From contig OX597828.1 of the NCBI GenBank assembly GCA_951406725.2, positions 46,066,001 to 46,130,000 of the forward strand: a DNA stretch of 64,000 nucleotides, read 5' to 3'. Below are positions 53,828 through 64,000 of this stretch, one piece after another. The notes beneath the pieces are model-generated. The model was not told the origin of the DNA, did not search any database, and worked only from the letters and a program-made list of their open reading frames with translations. Both the position numbers and the translations under genes were made by a program. This DNA comes from Octopus vulgaris. Taxonomy: Eukaryota. The stretch's first letter is position 1, and every line of letters starts with the position of its first letter.

Positions 53828-54331
53828 TAGAAATATTAAGTCTCTCTAAAGGAGATTACGGCAGCGTTACTGGATATTAATAGTTATCGCCATACTAATA
53901 TGGCAATCTATAAATAAGACTAAAGCTGTCGCTGATTAGCTCCAAGAGCCCATCGCCTCTAGCTAGCTATATGACACACGAACCTGCGTCCATTACAACC
54001 TTCGAACAGGGGAGGTCAGCCGCTTCACCTTGCTAGTCAGACATCTGCAGACATGTTTCAGGGTTGTTGCCCTTTATCAATGCAGCGTAATCAGACCCGC
54101 AGGTGTCGCTACTGGTATCGCTGCATTTATAAAGGGCAACAACCCTGAAACATGTCTGCAGATGTCTGACTAGCAAGGTGAAGCGGCTGACCTCCCCTGT
54201 TCGAAGGTTGAAATGGACGCAGGTTCGTGTGTCATATAGCTAGCTAGATGCGATGGCCTCTTGGAGCTAATCAGCGATAGCTTTAGTCTTATTTATAGAT
54301 TGCCATATTAGTATGGCGATAACTATTAATA

Positions 54332-54332
<1 letters not shown>
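53828..54332 (-). mobile_element. Fold-back Penelope-type element in (TA)n, about 214-bp arms, hammerhead at the turn
   Basis: Arms 53874-54087 and 54119-54332 with few mismatches, 31-nt loop, about 45-bp unpaired tail. Confidence 0.88.
54045..54085 (-). ncRNA. Type I hammerhead ribozyme with U3:A8 compensated core
   Basis: CTGCA-TTGATAA-AGGG(caacaa)CCCT-GAAAC(at)GTC^-TGCAG; the mirror copy at 54121-54161 has TTTATAA (G5U). Confidence 0.8.
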
Positions 54333-54393
<61 letters not shown>

Positions 54394-54982
54394 GAAATAT
54401 GTTACAAAAAGAAAATATAAAATATAAAATACACGTGGAAATGTAAGGGTAAAATATACAACACACACATATATATATATATAATAATATATATATATAT
54501 GTATATATACACACATGTTTTGATATGTGTGTCAACGTATTCCTGTTTATGAGTCTGACATGCAATTCGTGCATTGGTATGTATAACGTAATATCTAGAA
54601 TACTTGTCGTATTTCCAATAACTCGTATTTCCGCATTACAGCTGCGACTGAATCAGGTATGCTAGAGAGTGTCCACATGAAACGCAAGAAGACCTCTGAT
54701 ATCTGGTATCGGCTTTTGAATATCACAGTATCAATATCCTTTGTCGACTGTCAAGCTTTTCTGTCTAGTCATCCTCACCTGGCTATGACATCAAGCGAAA
54801 TATCAAACGAAATAATGAAATATTATATTTTACGATTTGCATGTGTGGGTCATTGTAATGTATTTCTTGATATTTGTTCTCTTATGACTCATCATGTTTA
54901 TCTGTGTGCCTGTCTGTCTGTCTATCTGCATGCCTATCTATTTGTTTCAATATGCGCATATAAAAATATATATACGAGTGCG

Positions 54983-55024
<42 letters not shown>

Positions 55025-55025
55025 A

Positions 55026-55068
<43 letters not shown>

Positions 55069-55261
55069 AGATAATGGTGTCATTGAGACCCAGAGATGTC
55101 AGGTAATGCTGAATAAGTGCTATAGACAGACCATAGTTAAGTTCCAGATTCGGTAATTTTGAGAATAAGGGGTTCAACTTTGGTTCTATGTCAGCGTGTG
55201 TATATAAGGACTTTTTGCGTACTAAGATAAAAAAAAGCTAAGGCTGTGTAGATATCAGGGC

Positions 55262-55351
<90 letters not shown>

Positions 55352-55369
55352 GTTTGTATATATATTGAT

Positions 55370-55671
55370 GAGACCGCCTTCGGTCATGACTGACCATGGG
55401 ATTGCACCTAGAAAGTTACCCTCCCAGACACAAGTGCGGGCAAGGTTGCTTATGCAAGACCAGCAGTTGCCCATGCATACTGTCCTACCGTCTCCACGCC
55501 ACCAGTGTTATCCAAGGGAAAGGCAAAGGCCGTTACAGCTTAGTACCTGTGACTTTGCAACGTGAAATAAAGTGTCTTGCTCAAGAACACAACACGCAGC
55601 CCGGTCCGGGATTCGAACTCACAACCTCACGATCGTAAGCTCGACGCTCTAACCACTGAGCCACGCGCCTT
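55370..55671 (-). mobile_element. SINE family C
   Basis: Reverse complement of the family C head and body, with an internal deletion. Confidence 0.88.
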
Positions 55672-55729
55672 CACACACACACACACATATATATATATGT
55701 ATTTATATATATATATATATATATGCATG

Positions 55730-55794
<65 letters not shown>

Positions 55795-55804
55795 GTATGT
55801 GTAT

Positions 55805-56269
<465 letters not shown>

Positions 56270-56286
56270 AATATATATATATATTA

Positions 56287-56958
56287 CAATGTGGTGTCAA
56301 AACGTTCCATGACTAGATCTGTAGCGCGCCAGTAGACGGCCAAACACGGTTGCGTGCGTAGTGAGAGCTTGCAGTGACGTTCATGAGGCAGTGTACTGAG
56401 TGACATCGCTGCTTTTATTTAGAAATTGTAAAATTTGTGTCTTTGTAAGCACGTATATGCTGTAGTCTACAATTTTGTCATGGGCAGGAACAAAGAACGA
56501 ACGTAAAATTTTGCATCAAACTTGGAAAGTCTGTTACAGAGACATTGAGCATGCATCAGAGAGCTTACGGTGAAGGGGAAATATGTCGCACGCAATGTTT
56601 CGAGTGGCACGAGCGCTTGAAAAGCGGAAGAAAGTCCATGGGAGATGATAAACGATATGGAGGACTTGCCACGAGCGTCAATTCCGTAAATGTGGTATAG
56701 TGCATCGAGAGTTCAGCCCCCACCTCAAGGACATTCCATCAATCGAGAGATCTATTCTCTCTTTTACTTGTTTCAGTCATTTGACTGCGGCCATGCTGGA
56801 GCACCGCCTTTAGTCAAGCAAATCGAACCCCAGGACTTATTCTTTGTAAGCCTAGTACTTATTCTATCGGTCACTTTTGCCGAACCGGTAAGTTACGGGG
56901 ACGTAACCACACCAGCACCGGTTGTCAAGTGATGTTGGAGGGACAGACACAAATATAG

Positions 56959-56989
<31 letters not shown>

Positions 56990-57595
56990 CATATATACGA
57001 CGGGCTTCTTTCAGTTTCCGCCTACCAGATCCACTCACAGGTCTTTGGTTGGCCCATAGTAGAAGACACTTGCCCAAGGTGCAACGCATTGGGACTGAAC
57101 CCGAAATCATGTGGTTGGTAAGCAAGCTACTTACCACACAGCCACTTCTACGCCTATTGCGATGTTTTGAAGCGTTTAAAGAAGGACATTCGGCGAAAGC
57201 CAACGGACCTGTGGAGCGCGAAGAATTGAGTTCTTCACGACGACAATGCACCCTGCCACCTTGCTCTCCTCACACGTGAGTTTCTTGCCAAAACCAAATA
57301 TCGCCTCCACACTTACCTTATTCGCCAAATTTAACACCTACGCACTTCTATCCCTAACCTAAGAGGGAAAGGCAACTCAAGGGTCGTCGTTTCAACACAG
57401 TTGTCGAGAGCCGGAGAAAATCGCAGAAGTTTCTCCACTTACGGAAAAAAGACTGAATTCCAAAAGTGGCAGGAATGCTGGGATTGGCGTATTGTTGCGC
57501 AAGGTGACTATTTCGAAGGTGATTATGTTAAAACTCAGGTAAATAAGTTATTATTTAAATAAAGATAACTAATCCTAGAACTTTTTATGCTACGT

Positions 57596-57598
<3 letters not shown>
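56287..57598 (+). mobile_element. Decayed mariner (second family) with central deletion and SINE insertion
   Basis: VKFCIKLGKSVTETLSM..AYGEG..QCFEWHERLKSGR (HTH); LHDDNAPC, PHLPYSPNL, AQGDYFEGD; degenerate TIRs in TA context. Confidence 0.85.
56755..57155 (-). mobile_element. SINE family A
   Basis: Near full-length copy nested in the mariner. Confidence 0.9.
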
Positions 57599-57665
<67 letters not shown>

Positions 57666-57807
57666 TGTATGTATGTATGCATGTATGTATGTATGTATGT
57701 ATGTATGTATGTATGTATGTATGTATGTATGTATGTATGTATGTATGTATGTATGTATGTATGCGTGCATGCATGCATGTTTGTATTTATGTATATATAT
57801 ATATATT

Positions 57808-57883
<76 letters not shown>

Positions 57884-57904
57884 TGTGTCTGTGTCTGTGT
57901 GTGT

Positions 57905-58346
57905 ATTATCTTAGTTTGAAGGAGATTTATGCTTGAAAATAATAAATGTCTGCCTTGAAAAAGTCTAAAAAAAAACCTGCAATGCATCTCTCTTAACATG
58001 CTACAACTAATAATAATGAAATTATTGTATACAGCGCTCAGGTGCACCACAACTAGTCATGAGTGCGTGTAAAGCATATGCAGTGATGTACAAATGTCTG
58101 GAAAGTGAACAGTGTATGAGTAAGATACATGTTTGCGTGTGTGTGGAGAGGAGAAAATCAGGTTTAGTTTTGGTTAATCTCAGGAAGCATGGAAGTTTTA
58201 AAGGATGCAGTGCTCCGACAACTAACAACTGATGCCGGCAGTTTGTTCCATACTTCAGCAACTCTTAGCGTAAAAATATGCTTCCGTAAGTCATGGGAGC
58301 TGTGCTGTTTTCTGACTTTGTAAACATGTCCACGTGTGTTAGACAG
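57905..58346 (-). mobile_element. CR1-clade LINE extreme 3' end + 3' UTR
   Basis: SNTRGHVYKVRKQ..RKHIFTLRVAEVWNKLPASVVSCRSTASFK. Confidence 0.85.
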
Positions 58347-58429
58347 GAAACGAATGATAGCCCTAACCAACAAATAAAGAATTATTATCAACTAACGCAA
58401 TGTTTTGCACCCATTCTCATTGTTCGATA

Positions 58430-58645
58430 TTAACGTGTAAATATTCTTGGCTTTGGGTAAAAGAAAATACAGGAGAATCAGTTATTAGTGATTTTTGTAC
58501 AACATATTCCCGTCCCAGATTTTGCACACTTATTTCAGCGTTCCTTCAATATTTTTAAGGCCTGTAAAAGAGCTCGGAAGGCAGGGCTTCCAACGAGCCC
58601 CCTCTTGAACCCTTAAATCCAGGAACTTTTCAGCATCCCCTCGTA
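58430..58645. mobile_element. Mariner-derived MITE
   Basis: Right end GAACTTTTCAGCATCCCCTCG+TA is a mariner-type TIR. Confidence 0.65.
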
Positions 58646-58669
58646 TATATTGTTCAAAGATGATGACAA

Positions 58670-59112
58670 TGTTGATTCAATCTTGATTCAATACATTCAT
58701 CATCCTCTGTCTCTAGGACATTGATGCTTATGGATGAAGATGTAACTGAAAAGACTGTAAAGAAATATGCAGATCCTGTGTTACTGCAGGCATTGAAAGT
58801 GACCCCAGAACAGCAGCCGCAGGATTCTGATGAAGATCGATCTTTCACTCTTCATGCAGTCTCCAGCGTTCGTTTTCAAAGCGCTCTACTCCCGTTTCAC
58901 ACGTGGACTTCCATTCCTTCCGATGAACAGCCAGAGCCTCCAACCGAAAGGGAAGGACACTACATAAAATAAGAGACCACTTGATTTTATCAAGAAATCG
59001 AAGTTTTGGAACTCCATGAGATCTTCTAATTTTGGTCTCTCTGAACTGGACCGTCTTTGGGAGCCGGTTATCTGGGACTCGAATTACATGGCAAACCAAG
59101 CGGAGAAGACGA
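58670..59112 (-). mobile_element. RTE-clade LINE 3' fragment
   Basis: LVCHVIRVPDNRLPKTVQF..RSHGVPKLRFLDKIK..LEALAVHRKEWK..GVERFENER. Confidence 0.8.
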
Positions 59113-59506
59113 CAAAGGATATATATATGTAAATATGTGTATCTGTGTACCTTTTTCTGTACTGGACTGTCTTTGGGAGCCGGTTATCTGGGATTTGAAT
59201 TACATGGCAAACCAAGCGGAGACGACAAAGGATGTATATATGTAAATATGTGTATCTGTGTACCTTTTTCTGTACTGGACTGTCTTTGGGAGCCGGTTAT
59301 CTGGGATTTGAATTACATGGCAAACCAAGCGGAGAAGACGACAAAGGATATATATATGTAAATATGTGTATCTGTGTACCTTTTTCTGTACTGGACTGTC
59401 TTTGGGAGCCGGTTATCTGGGATTTGAATTACATGGCAAACCAAGCAGAGAAGACGACAAAGGATGTATATATGTAAATAAGTGTATCTGAGTACCTTTT
59501 TCTGTA
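59045..59506. repeat. 113-116-bp tandem repeat x4 spanning the RTE 5' junction
   Basis: Units start at 59045, 59161, 59274 and 59390. Confidence 0.93.
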
Positions 59507-59538
59507 CGTATGTATGTACGTATGCATGCGTGTATGAA

Positions 59539-60768
59539 CAGGGGTTGGATAAAATAATGGAAACACCTAGCATCCTAGCATCATAATATTGAAATATATA
59601 TAAAACCGTCAAAAGCTTGTTTAATTTTGTTTTTTATTCGTTATTAGTGTTGCTTAATATGTTTTGCCAATATTCCTGTTTCTTTTCATATATCATCAGT
59701 AAAAGGTAATTAAAATTCATTAAAATGACAGATCTATCGGACTTTCAAACAGGTCAAATTATTTGCACACTTATGGCAGGCGCTAGCCTAATCAAAACAG
59801 TCGAAATGTTTGGTGTAGCAAGAAGTACTGTCTCGAAAGTAATGACAGCCTTTGAGAAAGAGGGAAAAACCTTCTCGTCGAAACAAAACTCCGAAAGAAA
59901 ACCAAAACTTTCAGAAAGGGACCGTCGGACTCTTACGCGAATTGTCAGAAAGGATCACAAATGTACAGCTCCCAAAGAGATTAATAACTACCCCGAGAAC
60001 CCAGTTTCCACAAAAACTGCTCTCCGGGAGCTGCACAAATTCCGGATTTCACGAGAAGGGTGCAATCAGAAAACCACTACTTTCAAAACAAAGGTTGCAA
60101 AGCGTTTAGAGTGGATAAAAAACTTACATAATAGGTCCCTAGAGCAGTGGAAGAATGTTACTTTCGGACCACCGGCCGGATATGCGTGGAGACAGCCAAA
60201 AGAAGCATTTGACCCAGACTGCTTCCTTCCAACTGTTGAATATGGAGGAGGATCTGTGTTGATCCGGGGGAGGCTATACCTTGGAAATCCGCCAGCCCAG
60301 TGGTTTTACTTCATGGCAGAATTAATAGTCAAGACTATTTAAGCATTTTATCAAATTCATCCTGAGGTTGCGGAACTGTTTCCGGAGGGAAACGCAATTT
60401 TTCAGGTTGATAATCCACCAATTCACACAACAAAAGTTGATACTGAATGGCACGAGGAACATTCTAGTGAAGTTGAACATCTTACCTGGCTACCACAGTC
60501 CCCAGATCTCAAAATTATTTAACATTTATGATGCATTTCGGAAAAAAACAAGTAAGGAGTCGATATCCTCCACAATCATCACTACAAGAACTGGAAACTG
60601 TTTTAGCTGAAGAATGGACGAAAATTGCTTTGGAAAAAATTCGAACTTTGTACGAGTCTATACCTCGTAGAATTCAAGCTGTAATTACTGCCAAAGACGG
60701 TCCGACCCCATATTAAAATAAATTTGTTTGAAATTTCAATGTGTTTCCATTATTTTGTCAAACCCCTG
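59539..60768 (+). mobile_element. Full-length Tc1-like DD34E transposon, frameshifted transposase (59725-60716)
   Basis: TIRs CAGGGGTTGGATAAAATAATGGAAACAC / GTGTTTCCATTATTTTGTCAAACCCCTG+TA; paired-type HTH, IFQVDNPPIH, WLPQSPDL, VITAKDGPTPY. Confidence 0.95.
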
Positions 60769-60932
60769 TATGTATGTATGTATGTATGTATGTATGTATG
60801 TATGTATGTATGCATGTATGTATGTATGTACGTATGTATGTATGTATGTATGTATCTTTTTATGTATGTATGCATACACACACGCGCGCACAAACACACC
60901 CATATACACAAATATACACATATATATATGTA

Positions 60933-60970
<38 letters not shown>

Positions 60971-61216
60971 AAATGTTCATTTCCTAAGAGATAACACATG
61001 TTTCATGTTACATGACACAGATTCACAAAATAATACAATCACGAAATATGTTAATTTTGCCAGCTGTATTTTCTCGAGTCTTCTTCATCGTCTTTTTGCG
61101 TAACTAACGAATCGAAAATAATAAATTAGAGACAACGAAACGGAAACAGACTTATTTTTCTTAAGCAACTGCTATTTTTCTCTCAAGTATTGCATGTGAC
61201 AGTATAGGTTGCAACC

Positions 61217-61602
61217 GGAGGCGCAATGGCCCAGTGGTTAGGGCAGCGGACTCGCGGTCATAGGATCGTGGTTTCGATTCCCAGACCGGGCGTTGTGAGT
61301 GTTTATTGAGCGAAAACACCTAAAGCTCCACGAGGCTCCGGCAGGGATGGTCGTGATCCTTGCTGTACTCTTTCACCACAACTTTCTCTCACTCTTACTT
61401 CCTGTTTCTGTTGTACCTGTATTTCAAAGGGCCGGTCTTGTCACTCTCTGTGTCACGCTGGATATCCCCGAGAACTACGTTAAGGGTACACGTGTCTGTA
61501 GAGTGCTCAGCGACTTACACATTAATTTCACGAGCAGGCTGTTCCGTTGATTCGGATCAACCGGAACCCTCATCGTCGTAACCGACGGAGTGTTTCTATA
61601 CA
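61217..61602 (+). mobile_element. SINE family B, full length
   Basis: 14-bp TSD TATAGGTTGCAACC at 61203-61216 and 61603-61616. Confidence 0.95.
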
Positions 61603-62291
61603 TATAGGTTGCAACCAAAAGAAAAAAATGGACTAAGACTAGCTTTGAATCATCAAGTACGGGGGCTGTCTGCTATTCCCGTCTACAAAATTGAAGCTTA
61701 CCAATATCTAGCATCAGCACATATTGGTTTCTTATTTTGAGAAGGGGCTAATCGATTACATCGATCCCAGTATTCACCGGTTTTTATCTAATTGATCTCA
61801 AAATGATGAATGGAAAGTTCATTCACGACGGAATTTGATTAAACCCATTACGTAGAAACGAACAAGATACCACCAAACCGGCTCACCACCTTAATGTGAT
61901 AATATATTAAAGCTTAAGTAATTTTGGCAACAGATTCAATGACAGATAAGCTGGGATTTAGCTGAATCGCAAGATCAGTAAGTGAAATGTACATCAGTTT
62001 TCGCTTACGTTTGTATGCACTCCAGGTTCAAATCTCGGTGCCGTTAACCGTGGTTTTAATCCTCCTAGAGCCAATCAAATTATGGACAACTTAATCACTA
62101 GATATGATATAATCGACTGTTACACATTTCCCAGTCATTCAGTCCCTGCACATATGTCAGACACCAAAGATTGATGAATGAAATAATGAAATGCTAACTA
62201 CTAGGTGGTGCCCCGATGGAGCAGAAAAAAACATTATTAGCTAATGGTTAATAATAGTAACAGTAGATATCTCTAAAAGTATGGTCTCAAT

Positions 62292-62333
62292 CTCCAGGCA
62301 TGTTTCAGTCTTATTCTTACCTCATCAGTTAAG
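62292..62333 (-). ncRNA. Decayed type I hammerhead motif
   Basis: CTTAA-CTGATGA-GGT(aagaataag)ACT-GAAAC(at)GCC-TGGAG; triplet is GCC and stem I is imperfect. Confidence 0.5.
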
Positions 62334-62356
62334 GATAAGCTTTATCTATTTAGGAA

Positions 62357-62695
62357 GGCTCAGTGGTTAGAGCGTCGAGCTTATGATCGTGAGGTTGTGA
62401 GCTCGAATCCCGGACCGGGCTGCGTGTTGTGTTCTTGAGCAAGACACGTTATTTCACGTTGCTCCAGTTCACTCAGCTGTAGAAATGAGTTGCGACGTCA
62501 CAGGTACCAAGCTGTATGGGCCCCTTTGCCTTTCCCTTGGACAACATCGTTGACGTGGAGAGGGGAGACCGGTATGCATGGGCGACTGCTGGTCTTCCAT
62601 AAAAAAAAAAACAACCTTGCTCAGACTTGTGTCTCAGAGGGTAACTCTCTAGGTGCAAACCCATGGTCAGTGTCGGACCGAAGGGGGTCAAAAAC
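62357..62695 (+). mobile_element. SINE family C
   Basis: 13-bp TSD ATCTATTTAGGAA at 62344-62356 and 62696-62708. Confidence 0.93.
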
Positions 62696-63062
62696 ATCTA
62701 TTTAGGAAATAATGATGAGTGAATTGCCACGAAGTTAAATGTACACTCTCCGTATATTTGTTTGCGCATGAAAATATTATTACTTAGAGTTTATGAAATC
62801 AGATAGAACAAAAGATTTTTTTCGTTTTTTATCCATGATTGTAATAAATTTTATTTACTGTCCTGTGTTTCTGCATGTCTTACGTGTGCTTCAGGTTAGC
62901 ATTAATATCCTCATTATACTACGTTATTTAATACTAGCATATGTATTGTTTAACAAGGCTGCATTCAAGCGATTTCTAGGAAATTTTTCAGTTTACCGTG
63001 AAAACTACGTAGTAATTCAACATGTTTGTGTATGTATGTGTATATATGTATGTATTTATGTA

Positions 63063-63106
<44 letters not shown>

Positions 63107-63341
63107 GACACACACACAGGCACACATACACATACTCACACTCACACACATACACACACACACATATCTAGGATTGTTGTCACGATGAAATAGTTTCTAG
63201 GAAAGCCTATATTAAACAAGGTGGAGTACATCACCTGATTTCACCAATGGTCAAACAAAGTTTCATAAGTTTTAAATTTATAATCAAATCTACATGGTTG
63301 TCAATGGAAACCTCGACACAATTTGTTCCCAATTTATATTC

Positions 63342-63360
63342 ACTACTACTACTACTACTG

Positions 63361-63415
<55 letters not shown>

Positions 63416-63581
63416 CACCACCACCACCACCACCATCACTACTACTACTACTACCACCACCACCACCACTACTACTACTACTACTACAACTACTACTACT
63501 ACTACTACCACCACCACCACCACCACCACCACCACTACTACTACTACCACCACCACCACCGTCGCCGCCACCACCACCACC

Positions 63582-63638
<57 letters not shown>
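63342..63638. repeat. Compound (ACT)n/(ACC)n microsatellite
   Basis: Directly visible. Confidence 0.95.
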
Positions 63639-63639
<1 letters not shown>

Positions 63640-63811
63640 AACTCTGATCTCAAATTCTGAGCCTCATTTTCATGTATTCAGCTTCTCTTTCACATTCATA
63701 GCTACGATATTCCGGAGCGTGTTTTCCCTTCTTGTGATTGCATACAATTTTTTTTTTACATATAGATTTTTCTCTCAGAGCTTCTGGTCCACTACCAAAA
63801 CCTTGGGCTCC

Positions 63812-64000
63812 TATTTCACTCTAGGCACAAGGCCAGGAATTTTGGAGGAGAGAGCCAGCACTTAATTTATCGACCCCGAAAGGATGAAAGACAAAGTCGA
63901 CCTCGGCATAATTTGAAATTAGAAGGGAAAAGAAAGACAAAATACATATTTCTTTACTACCCACAAAGGGAGGACATAGAGGACAAACAAGGACAGGCAA
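63812..64000 (-). mobile_element. SINE family D fragment (runs off window end)
   Basis: TCGACCCCGAAAGGATGAAAGACAAAGTCGACCTCGGC is the reverse complement of the Meta-like core. Confidence 0.8.

Noticed and set aside
54659-55156. 165-aa ORF as a host gene or P-element/THAP9 remnant
   Set aside because: Half is microsatellite; the remainder shows no motif I can support.
59045-59506. CRISPR-like regular array
   Set aside because: Units are near-identical end to end with no unique spacers; eukaryotic context, no cas genes.

Overview
AT-rich, microsatellite-dense eukaryotic DNA, almost certainly intronic or intergenic sequence of an octopod cephalopod (the four tRNA-derived SINE families match Octopus repeats as I remember them; not database-checked). 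No intact host gene is supportable, and nearly all ORF-track entries are microsatellite artefacts. The window is a mosaic of about 30 SINE copies or fragments, Tc1/mariner relics and MITEs, a non-autonomous Helitron, CR1- and RTE-type LINE ends, two microsatellite-embedded RLE retrotransposons (R4/Dong-like in (TAA)n, R2/NeSL-like in (TA)n/(CA)n), a decayed Penelope RT+GIY-YIG, a complete non-coding LTR element (tRNA-Trp PBS, PPT, 4-bp TSD) and a 3.7-kb G/T minisatellite. The most interesting signal is invisible in the ORF track: at least seven sequence-unrelated families of short Penelope-type elements, nearly all sitting in (TA)n/(TAA)n tracts, carry minimal type I hammerhead ribozymes. Many are long fold-back hairpins whose turn lies at or near the ribozyme. 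Some have non-canonical cores: a U3:A8 compensated pair, and an A6U family in which positions 7 and 17 vary between copies. Structures were read by eye, and boundaries of decayed elements are approximate.
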